DNA of 32,000 nucleotides from Candidatus Electronema aureum (GCA_004284765.1 NQJD01000008.1:30001-62000), one strand, 5' to 3'; numbered from the stretch's first letter, positions 10,364-17,589 are shown. The notes: generated by a model not told the origin, from the sequence alone. A program made the numbers and translations.

Positions 10364-10392
10364 CCCCCGGCAGAGCCGGGGGTTTACTTGTT
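10364..10392 (+). terminator. copy 2 of the hairpin motif; terminator-like on the plus strand
   Basis: CCCCCGG-CAGAG-CCGGGGG forms a 7-bp GC stem with a 5-nt loop. TTTACTTGTTT follows. Confidence 0.3.
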
Positions 10393-10610
10393 TAAATTAA
10401 TATACTTTTCAGATGCCGTCCGCTTTGTCACTTACGGTTCACTATTACCCTTGAGCGAGGCTCTCTCTCTCGACATTTTTTGCCGCCTTCGCTCGATTAA
10501 AAGTCTCCGCAATAGCTCTTGCATTGCGGAGCCAGCAAGCATCGGGTATATAAGGAGATGAACAGCAACCTTCTGCTTCCTTCGACAAAAAGCAACAGAG
10601 AACTGCCCCG

Positions 10611-11645
10611 ATGAAATACTCCCGCGTCTGTCTGCATAGCTTTGGCTACGAACTGCCGCCCAATGTTGTCACTTCCGCTGACCTTGAGCAGCAGTTAGCC
10701 CCAGTCTATGAACGCCTGAAATTGCCTGAAGGTCGCCTTGAGCTAATAAGCGGTATCCGTAGCCGCCGTTTCTGGGATGCTGGCACTAAACCCAGCGAAG
10801 GTGCAACCCTAGCGGGTCGCAAAGCCTTGCTTGCAGCGGGCCTGACTCCTGATGAAGTGGATTTCCTCGTCTTCACCTCGGTGAGTCGGGACATGATGGA
10901 GCCAGCCACGGCTTCCTTTGTCCACCGCAGTCTGGGCTTAGACAGCCGCTGCCAGATATTCGATCTTTCCAACGCCTGCCTCGGCTTTCTCAACGGAATG
11001 CTCATGCTGGCGAACATGATCGAGCTGGGTCAAGTGCGCTGTGGCTTGGTTGTGGCCTGCGAGACCGCTGAAGAGCTTATCCGTTCTACTGTGCAGCAAT
11101 TGCTGGCCGATACTGAATTAACCCGCAAGACGATCAAGCCCGCTTTTGCCTCGCTGACCATCGGCTCTGGGGCCGTGGCTTTGGTGATGACCGACCGCAA
11201 GACCCACGACAACGGCCATCGGCTGATTGGCGGGGCTTGCCAAGCCAATACCAAGCACAACGATCTCTGCCAAGGTGGCCAGAACAGCGAGCAAGAAACG
11301 CTGATGTCCACGGACGCAGAGCAGCTTCTCGAAAAAGGGATTGAGACCGCAGCGATGTGCTGGCAAGCGTTCCTTAAAGAAACTGGCTGGGACAAGGCAA
11401 GCATCCGCCGTTTCTTCTGCCATCAAGTGGGGCAAGCACACGCGCGTCAACTTTTTGCCAGCTTGGAACTCGATCCGGCGCATAATTTTGAGACCTTGGC
11501 TGTGCTGGGTAATGTTGGCTCGGTTTCCGCGCCGATCACTATGGCAATGGGGATAGAAAAAGGCAAGCTGAAGAAAGGTCAGCGGGCTGCCTTGCTCGGC
11601 ATTGGTTCTGGTATTAACTCAGTGATGCTGGGGATTGAGTGGTGA
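10611..11645 (+). CDS. oleA: thiolase-fold condensing enzyme, OleA-like (FabH superfamily)
   Basis: TSVSRDMMEPATAS, FDLSNACLGFLNGM (active-site Cys), CHQVGQAH, LGNVGSVSAP and C-terminal ALLGIGSGINSVMLGIEW resemble the Xanthomonas OleA sequence as I remember it. It is translationally coupled to an OleB-like hydrolase. Confidence 0.7.
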   Translation: MKYSRVCLHSFGYELPPNVVTSADLEQQLAPVYERLKLPEGRLELISGIRSRRFWDAGTKPSEGATLAGRKALLAAGLTPDEVDFLVFTSVSRDMMEPATASFVHRSLGLDSRCQIFDLSNACLGFLNGMLMLANMIELGQVRCGLVVACETAEELIRSTVQQLLADTELTRKTIKPAFASLTIGSGAVALVMTDRKTHDNGHRLIGGACQANTKHNDLCQGGQNSEQETLMSTDAEQLLEKGIETAAMCWQAFLKETGWDKASIRRFFCHQVGQAHARQLFASLELDPAHNFETLAVLGNVGSVSAPITMAMGIEKGKLKKGQRAALLGIGSGINSVMLGIEW

Positions 11646-12520
11646 TGCCCGCTTTAGCCGAGTATCCCTTTGCCCCAAAAACTTTCCACACTGCTGACGG
11701 ACATTGTCTATCCTATCTTGACGAAGGTAGCGGGCCAGCAGTGGTCATGGCACACGGCAATCCGTCGTGGTCGTATCTCTACCGGAATGTAGTCACTGCG
11801 TTCAAGGGTGAATATCGCTGCATTGTGCCAGATCATCTCGGCTGCGGCCTTTCCGACAAGCCGCAGGACTATCCCTACCGCCTCCGCAATCATATCGACA
11901 ACTTCACTGCCCTGTTGGATTATTTGCGCATTGAACGCTGCGTGCTGATCGTGCATGACTGGGGCGGGGCGATTGGCATGGGTTGGGCAGGACAGCATCC
12001 TGAGCGCGTCGCCGGTCTGGTGGTGTTGAACACCGCTGCCTTTCGCTCACGCCAGCTTGCTTTGCGGATCGCCGTCTGCCGCTGGCCGCTGCTCGGTGCG
12101 CTGTTAGTGCGCGGACTGAACGGCTTTGCATGGCCCGCTACTTTTATGGCCGTGTGCAAGAAGATGCGGGCAGAAGTGAAGACTGGGTTTCTGGCTCCTT
12201 ACAACAGTTGGGCGAACCGGGTGGCTGTGCATCGCTTTGTGCAGGATATTCCCCTGCAGCCAGCTCATCCCTCGTGGAGTACGTTGGTGGAGGTTGAGAA
12301 TTCTCTTGCGCAGCTGCACGACAAGCCAATGCTCATTTGCTGGGGCGGGCAGGACTTCTGCTTCAATGATCATTTCTTTGCGGAGTGGAAAGAACGCTTC
12401 CCTCAAGCAGACAGCCATTATTTCCCGGATGCCGGGCATTACGTGTTGGAGGATGCCTTGCCAGAAATAATGAATCTGCTGCCGTTATTTCTGGAAAACT
12501 GCTCTGGAAAGGTAGATTGA
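11645..12520 (+). CDS. oleB: alpha/beta hydrolase of the haloalkane-dehalogenase-like type, OleB-like
   Basis: The ATG overlaps the oleA stop (TGATG). It has HGNPSWSYLYR, PDHLGCGLSDKP and the nucleophile elbow VHDWGGAIG. Confidence 0.7.
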   Translation: MPALAEYPFAPKTFHTADGHCLSYLDEGSGPAVVMAHGNPSWSYLYRNVVTAFKGEYRCIVPDHLGCGLSDKPQDYPYRLRNHIDNFTALLDYLRIERCVLIVHDWGGAIGMGWAGQHPERVAGLVVLNTAAFRSRQLALRIAVCRWPLLGALLVRGLNGFAWPATFMAVCKKMRAEVKTGFLAPYNSWANRVAVHRFVQDIPLQPAHPSWSTLVEVENSLAQLHDKPMLICWGGQDFCFNDHFFAEWKERFPQADSHYFPDAGHYVLEDALPEIMNLLPLFLENCSGKVD

Positions 12521-12522
12521 GA

Positions 12523-12657
12523 ATGGAATATTGGCAAGAGATCAATAAGAAATTAATTCCTTGGATTGACACTTCGCTGAACAAGACAGTGCTTGATCTT
12601 TTTGCGGGCAGCGGCGGTCTTTCTCTTGGTTCTGAGGTAAACGCTTTAACATTATGA
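12523..12657 (+). pseudogene. N-terminal 44-codon remnant of a SAM-dependent (probably cytosine-5) DNA methyltransferase
   Basis: The fragment is MEYWQEINKKLIPWIDTSLNKTVLDLFAGSGGLSLGSEVNALTL*. DLFAGSGGLSLG is methyltransferase motif I. The reading frame ends 10 codons later, and its stop overlaps the next gene's ATG (ATGA). Confidence 0.5.
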
Positions 12658-13691
12658 ATAAAAGATATTCACGAACGGAAAGAATAGGAGTTAATGCGGT
12701 TGAAAGGATAGTGATTCAAGAATTAGGCTGGATATTCAGAGATCAGCCAATAGTTGACGTTGGCGTTGATGCAATAATTGAGCAGTGTGAAAATGGAAAT
12801 CCGACAGGAAAATTTATAGCTATTCAGATAAAATGCGGAGCGGGAAATTTCCATATTTCAGAGAAAAAGATAACTTATTACGATGTTTCGCATATTCATT
12901 ACCACTATTGGTTAGGACTTAATATTCCTATAATTTTAGTAGCACATCTACCAGATTCAGAAGAAACATACTGGCAGCACATCTGCAAAGATAATTTTAA
13001 GAAAACAGACACGAGATGGAAACTTGAAATACCAAAAAAACAGAGATTCGGAAAAGAATCAAAAGGAAAATTAACTCGTATCCTTTCAGAGAAAGGAAAA
13101 AGGAATTTTATTTTTGATTTATATTCAGGAAACATTGATGTTGAAAATGACGGTTTTGATTTTTTTGAAAAAGTAAATTGCATTGCTGAATCATCAATTT
13201 GTTTTGAAAATATCAGAAAGATATTTAATGATGCAGGAGAAAGAATAAATAAGTTTCACAGGGAAATATCGACAAGCAGTCATGATTACAAAATATATAT
13301 CAATGGCCTGTCGAGAGACTTTAATATCTATTCCAAAAGACTTGAATTTGAAATTGATATTTTTTCAAAATTATACCCGGAAGGATTCTTTGCTTATGAG
13401 CAATTTATTTTATTTAATTATTTAGTAAATAACGATACTGATCTGGTCAGAAATGCTGTTTATGAGCTAAACGAAACATCTAACGCTACTGATGAATTAA
13501 TAAAAGTCATATCATCATTAGAACATGCCATATCAGGATTTCATGAAGAATTTAAACCAATAGTAAATTGTTTTTTCGATATTTTAGGATTTATTCTCTT
13601 GGAATTATCTGAAGCGAGAGATATGACATCAGCACTGCTTCATAGAATTAACGAATATGCCCCCCATCACCAGCCTCCGCCAATATCTTGA
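12654..13691 (+). CDS. DUF4365-like (PD-(D/E)XK restriction-endonuclease fold) N-terminal domain fused to an unknown ~200-aa helical domain
   Basis: RIGVNAVERIVIQELGWIFRDQPIVDVGVDAIIEQ...KFIAIQIKCG fits the D...E/QxK nuclease core and my memory of the DUF4365 consensus. The gene is strongly AT-rich. Its last ~11 codons read into the duplicated ubiD 5' fragment. Confidence 0.7.
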   Translation: MNKRYSRTERIGVNAVERIVIQELGWIFRDQPIVDVGVDAIIEQCENGNPTGKFIAIQIKCGAGNFHISEKKITYYDVSHIHYHYWLGLNIPIILVAHLPDSEETYWQHICKDNFKKTDTRWKLEIPKKQRFGKESKGKLTRILSEKGKRNFIFDLYSGNIDVENDGFDFFEKVNCIAESSICFENIRKIFNDAGERINKFHREISTSSHDYKIYINGLSRDFNIYSKRLEFEIDIFSKLYPEGFFAYEQFILFNYLVNNDTDLVRNAVYELNETSNATDELIKVISSLEHAISGFHEEFKPIVNCFFDILGFILLELSEARDMTSALLHRINEYAPHHQPPPIS

Positions 13692-13719
13692 CATCCTCCG
13701 CCGCGAAGGCGAGCTGCTG
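13657..13719 (+). repeat. 63-bp direct repeat, copy A
   Basis: 59 of 63 positions are identical to 14449-14511 by my hand alignment. Confidence 0.85.
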
Positions 13720-13746
13720 GGACTGCGTCTGTTGATAACCAGCTAA
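13657..13746 (+). pseudogene. duplicated 5' fragment of the UbiD-family gene (29 codons)
   Basis: MPPITSLRQYLDILRREGELL... matches the MPPITNLRQFLDILRSEGELL start of the intact gene at 14449, then diverges to a stop. Confidence 0.8.
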
Positions 13747-13772
13747 CAGGCAAAGCAAAATTATTTTCTCGC

Positions 13773-14093
13773 ATGAACAAAGCGCATAAAGAACTACTCC
13801 GTCAATGTCTTGGTTTTGATTGGGACAAGGGGAATATCGAGAAAAATCAGATTAAACATAATGTCTCGCCATCAGAATGTGAGCAGGTATTTTTCAACAA
13901 TCCATTGCTGATTCATGATGATCTCCTGCATTCAGCAGAAGAAAAACGTTTTTATGCGCTTGGCCGCAGTGATCTGAACAGGACTCTTTTTGTTGTTTTC
14001 ACCATAAGGAACAGCATAATCAGAGTTATTTCCGCAAGAGACATGAGCCGCAAAGAAAGGAAGGCATACGGAGATGAAAAAGAAACCGCCTGA
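13773..14093 (+). CDS. brnT: BrnT-family (DUF497) toxin
   Basis: FDWDKGNIEKNQIKHNVSPSECEQVF...IRVISARDMSRKERKAY is the typical BrnT pattern. It overlaps the antitoxin gene by 20 nt. Confidence 0.85.
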   Translation: MNKAHKELLRQCLGFDWDKGNIEKNQIKHNVSPSECEQVFFNNPLLIHDDLLHSAEEKRFYALGRSDLNRTLFVVFTIRNSIIRVISARDMSRKERKAYGDEKETA

Positions 14094-14343
14094 ATTCAAA
14101 AATGAAAATGAGGAAATAGAGTTCTGGGACAGACATGATTCCACAGAATTCATTGACTGGAGCAAAGCGGAACGGATTATTCTGCCCAAGCTCAGGCCAT
14201 CGGTGAAAAGAATATCGCTCCGCCTTCCCGAGTCCATGCTGGAAGAGCTTAAATTTTTAGCCAGCAAAAGAGATGTTCCCTATCAATCGTTGCTGAAGAT
14301 ATTTCTTGCCGAGCGGATTAAAAAAGAACTGGGCACATGTTGA
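14074..14343 (+). CDS. brnA: BrnA-family antitoxin (RHH/CopG-like C-terminus)
   Basis: ISLRLPESMLEELKFLASKRDVPYQSLLKIFLAERI is the BrnA C-terminal ribbon-helix-helix signature. Confidence 0.85.
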   Translation: MKKKPPEFKNENEEIEFWDRHDSTEFIDWSKAERIILPKLRPSVKRISLRLPESMLEELKFLASKRDVPYQSLLKIFLAERIKKELGTC

Positions 14344-14448
14344 TATTCTGATGTTTTTTTAGCATAGCCCGTCGAGCGAAAACTGCATGACCGCTCAGTC
14401 TCCGGGGCACTTGTGAAGAGCCGACAATCCATATCACCAACATACTCC

Positions 14449-14511
14449 ATGCCCCCCATCACCAACCTCCGCCAATTCCTTGACATCCTCCGCAGCGAAG
14501 GCGAGCTGCTG
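14449..14511 (+). repeat. 63-bp direct repeat, copy B (true 5' end of the UbiD-family gene)
   Basis: See copy A at 13657-13719. Confidence 0.85.
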
Positions 14512-16224
14512 ACCATTGATGCCGAGGTCGATCCCTGCCTTGAAATCGCGGAAATCCACCGCCGAGTGATCGCTGCGGGTGGCCCGGCTTTGCTTTTCAC
14601 CAAGGTCAAAGGCTCAACCTTCCCGGTCGTCACCAACCTTTTCGGCACCAACCGGAGGCTGGAACTGGCCTTTGGCCGCAGACCGCTGGATTTCGTCCGC
14701 GATTTGGTGCGCCTGGCTGAAGAGATCATGCCGCCGACGCTCGGCAAGCTCTGGCAGTCCCGGTCAGTCGGCCTGCAAGCCCTCAAGGTCGGCCTGAAAA
14801 ACGTCAGCCGCAGCACCGCGCCCGTGCTGGAGCGGCTGCAAAAGCCCGCCCGCCTCAGCAGTCTGCCCATGCTCACCTCGTGGCACAGCGACGGCGGGGC
14901 GTTCGTCACCCTGCCGCTGGTCTATACCGAACACCCGGACGGACGCGGCCACAACCTCGGCATGTACCGCATCCAACGCCACGACGACAGCACCACCGGC
15001 GTGCATTGGCAGATTCACAAGGGCGGCGGTTACCACTACTTCGAGGCCGAGCAGCGCGGCCAGAGCCTGCCCATGACCCTGTTCATCGGCGGGCCGCCTG
15101 CCATGATGCTGGCCGCCATCGCGCCGCTGCCGGAGAACATCCCGGAGCTGATGCTGGCCTCGCTGCTTCAGGGCAGCAGGCTGGCGATGGCGGCTGATCC
15201 GCTGGGCGGGCATCGTCTCGTGGCCGAGGCGGAATTTGCGGTGAAAGGCGTGGTACCACCCAAGCTGCGGCGGCCCGAAGGCCCGTTTGGCGATCACTAC
15301 GGCTACAATTCGCTGGCCCACGATTACCCGGTTTTTCAGACCACGCACCTTTATCACCGCAAGGATGCGATTTATCCGGCCACAGTGGTTGGTCGTCCCA
15401 AGCAGGAAGATTATTTCATCGGCGATTTCTTGCAGGATTTGCTCTCGCCGATCTTCCCACTGGCCCTGAACGGAGTGCAGCAACTGAAAACCTTTGGCGA
15501 GACCGGCTTCCACTGTCTGGCTTCGGCCAAAGTCTATAACCGCTATCCCCGCGAGGCGTTTGCCGCCGGGCTGCGCATTCTCGGCGAGGGCCAGCTTTCA
15601 TTGACCAAATTCTTGATCATCACAGACGGCAGCCTTGATGTGGCGGATTTTCCACGGCTCTGGCAGCACGTTTTAGAGCGCGTGCAGTGGGAGCGAGATT
15701 TGTTTGTCTTTGCCAATGTCTCGCAGGACACGCTGGATTACACCGGCCCGTCGGTGAACAAAGGCTCCAAGGCACTGCTGCTGGGCTTGGGCGAACAGCA
15801 GCGCGAGCTGCCGAGGGAATTCAGCGGCAGCCTGCCGCCCGGCTGCGAGCGGCCCACGGTCTTTCTGCCCGGCACCTTGGTGGTGCAAGGAACAAGTTAT
15901 GCTGACAATCCGAAGCTGGGAGCAACGCTGGCAAACTGGCCCGGCGTTTCCGGCTGGCCGGTGATTGTGCTGGTGGATTCAACTACAGCGGCCACCGAAA
16001 ACATGCAGGAATTCCTCTGGACGTTATTCACCCGCTTTGAACCGGCGGCAGATATCCACGCCAGCGAGCAGCAGGCGCGCCGCTTCCATGTCGGCCTGAC
16101 TCCGCCCATCGTCTTTGACTGCCGGATGAAGCCTTGGTACACTGAGGTGCTGGAGGTTGATCCGGCCACTAAAGCTCTTGTGGACAGCAAGTTTGACAAA
16201 ATTATTCCGGCGAAGTGGAGATAG
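14449..16224 (+). CDS. UbiD-family (prenyl-FMN-dependent) decarboxylase with a C-terminal extension
   Basis: It is colinear with E. coli UbiD as I recall it (LRQFLDILRSEGELL, GGPALLF, NLGMYR, EGPFGDHYGY, DAIYPATVVGRP). The ATG at 14449 is preferred over the GTG at 14413. Confidence 0.88.
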   Translation: MPPITNLRQFLDILRSEGELLTIDAEVDPCLEIAEIHRRVIAAGGPALLFTKVKGSTFPVVTNLFGTNRRLELAFGRRPLDFVRDLVRLAEEIMPPTLGKLWQSRSVGLQALKVGLKNVSRSTAPVLERLQKPARLSSLPMLTSWHSDGGAFVTLPLVYTEHPDGRGHNLGMYRIQRHDDSTTGVHWQIHKGGGYHYFEAEQRGQSLPMTLFIGGPPAMMLAAIAPLPENIPELMLASLLQGSRLAMAADPLGGHRLVAEAEFAVKGVVPPKLRRPEGPFGDHYGYNSLAHDYPVFQTTHLYHRKDAIYPATVVGRPKQEDYFIGDFLQDLLSPIFPLALNGVQQLKTFGETGFHCLASAKVYNRYPREAFAAGLRILGEGQLSLTKFLIITDGSLDVADFPRLWQHVLERVQWERDLFVFANVSQDTLDYTGPSVNKGSKALLLGLGEQQRELPREFSGSLPPGCERPTVFLPGTLVVQGTSYADNPKLGATLANWPGVSGWPVIVLVDSTTAATENMQEFLWTLFTRFEPAADIHASEQQARRFHVGLTPPIVFDCRMKPWYTEVLEVDPATKALVDSKFDKIIPAKWR

Positions 16225-16226
16225 CG

Positions 16227-16517
16227 ATGGCGAGTAAAGAAAAGATTCTTTCCGTATTGAAAGGAAAAAGGGCATATCTGCAAAATCATTTTTCCGTGAG
16301 CAATATTGCGTTGTTCGGCTCACATGTCCGTGACGATGCGCATGAGGCCAGCGACATTGATATTCTGGTTTCCTTGCTTGAGCCGACCTTTGATCATTAC
16401 ATGGAGCTGAAATTCTATCTCGAAGAGCTGTTGGGCTGCCAGGTTGATCTGGTGCTAGAAAATACAGTGAAAAAACGTCTGCAAGCCGTCATTCAGCAGG
16501 AAGCGGTCTATGTATAG
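16227..16517 (+). CDS. mntA: MntA-like minimal nucleotidyltransferase (antitoxin of a HEPN/MNT pair)
   Basis: It carries the GS-X10-DxD motif (LFGSHVRDDAHEASDIDILV). The ATG lies 2 nt after the ubiD stop. Confidence 0.85.
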   Translation: MASKEKILSVLKGKRAYLQNHFSVSNIALFGSHVRDDAHEASDIDILVSLLEPTFDHYMELKFYLEELLGCQVDLVLENTVKKRLQAVIQQEAVYV

Positions 16518-16863
16518 AGATTGGCGAGTTTATCTTGAAGATATCATTGCTGCTGTTGAAAAAATAGAACGATATCTCCAAGGTCAGAGTCAGGAATTTT
16601 TCGTCCTGAATGAAGAAAAGCAGGATGCCGTCATCCGCAACCTCGAAATCATCGGCGAGGCTGCTGGAAAAGTACCTGATGCTGTCAGGGGAAATGCTCC
16701 TGTTGAATGGCGCAAGATTGTTGGCCTGCGGAATATTCTGATTCATGAATATTTCGGCGTGAGTGTGCCGATGGTCTGGGATATTGCGCAGAACAAACTT
16801 ACGCCGCTGAAAGTCGCCTGTTTGGAATTGCTGCACAGCGATGACGATTTTCAGCAACCTTGA
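16510..16863 (+). CDS. hepT: HepT-like HEPN (DUF86) toxin
   Basis: It carries the Rx4H HEPN motif in GLRNILIHEYFGV. It overlaps mntA by 8 nt. Confidence 0.85.
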   Translation: MYRDWRVYLEDIIAAVEKIERYLQGQSQEFFVLNEEKQDAVIRNLEIIGEAAGKVPDAVRGNAPVEWRKIVGLRNILIHEYFGVSVPMVWDIAQNKLTPLKVACLELLHSDDDFQQP

Positions 16864-16864
16864 C

Positions 16865-17098
16865 ATGCAGCTCACCATCTTGATCCTGCTTGTTGGCGTA
16901 GCTGCATTGCTGTTCTGGCTGATTTCATTTCCGCAGTACATCCTCTTTGAACTGACCGACAAGGGCACGGCAGGCGGAGTGAAAATCAGCAAACGGAAAC
17001 GCCGAGTGCATTTTTTCAAAGAGTTGCCTCTTTTTTCTGCTGCCAAATGCCGGGCGTGTTGTGGAAAAAAATCAGAAAACGATTTTTCTCCGGCCTGA
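16865..17098 (+). CDS. possible small membrane protein
   Basis: The ATG lies 2 nt after the hepT stop. It encodes one strongly hydrophobic segment (LTILILLVGVAALLFWLISF) and then a basic tail. I recognise no homology. Confidence 0.3.
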   Translation: MQLTILILLVGVAALLFWLISFPQYILFELTDKGTAGGVKISKRKRRVHFFKELPLFSAAKCRACCGKKSENDFSPA

Positions 17099-17272
17099 TC
17101 TGCTGCTACAAAGTACCGCATTATTCGGACCTAATCGGCGGAAAAATTCCGTTTTGGCTTTAATGGGCGATACAGCACAGATTGCGCTTTCCTTCCCTTG
17201 GCAGAAGCCCTGTCAGAATGAAGGTGATGAATGCGGAAGCATTAGCAGTTTTATTTACTGTAATGAAGTATC

Positions 17273-17587
17273 TTGCCCATCTTTGGAAATCGAATTGGAA
17301 GCGAAAGGAATGTAAAGATTGCAGGCAAACAGGCGCAAATTTATGAACTCAGCTCGTTGCCTGCTGTCTATCGCTGGGATATCTCAGCTGACAACGCAGG
17401 CGTATTTGTCCTGAAAATCACCGCAAAATTGTACAGTCGCCCGGACATTCAGCCTATTTATGCGGTTGCAGCGCAGACAGTCCGGGTAGTGCAAATTCCC
17501 TTTCTAACCGGTGGCCAAGCACGGATAGTAGCAGCGACATCTGCCGCGCTGGCCGCTGGATGTGCAGGCAAATTACTCTTCATGTGA
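17273..17587 (+). CDS. hypothetical protein with a hydrophobic C-terminal tail
   Basis: 104-codon ORF ending 3 nt before the rluB ATG. I recognise no family. It may be a remnant. Confidence 0.3.
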   Translation: MPIFGNRIGSERNVKIAGKQAQIYELSSLPAVYRWDISADNAGVFVLKITAKLYSRPDIQPIYAVAAQTVRVVQIPFLTGGQARIVAATSAALAAGCAGKLLFM

Positions 17588-17589
17588 AT

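Noticed and set aside
10160-10392. 6S RNA or another known housekeeping RNA (tmRNA, RNase P, SRP, riboswitch)
   Set aside because: The ends are direct rather than complementary repeats, so there is no 6S-like closing stem. None of the conserved cores I remember for tmRNA, RNase P, SRP RNA, cobalamin or c-di-GMP riboswitches are present. The region is reported only as an unassigned structured region.
10558-10614. 18-codon upstream ORF whose TGA overlaps the oleA ATG (ATGA)
   Set aside because: The only Shine-Dalgarno-like sequence (AAGGAG) abuts its ATG with zero spacing, which is unfavourable for initiation. The peptide has no features, so this is probably chance.
12385-12522. Upstream part of the 90-codon track ORF 12385-12657
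   Set aside because: The first 46 codons overlap the 3' end of oleB in another frame. Only the segment from the ATG at 12523 carries the methyltransferase motif.
14283-15513. Minus-strand ORFs of 208 and 249 codons (14283-14909 and 14764-15513)
   Set aside because: Both are antisense to the UbiD-family gene, which has strong colinear homology. The translations are Arg/Ala/Gly-rich and featureless.
16489-17121. 210-codon minus-strand ORF
   Set aside because: It overlaps the hepT gene in antisense and has no recognisable motifs. It is kept only as part of the unexplained 16865-17587 region.
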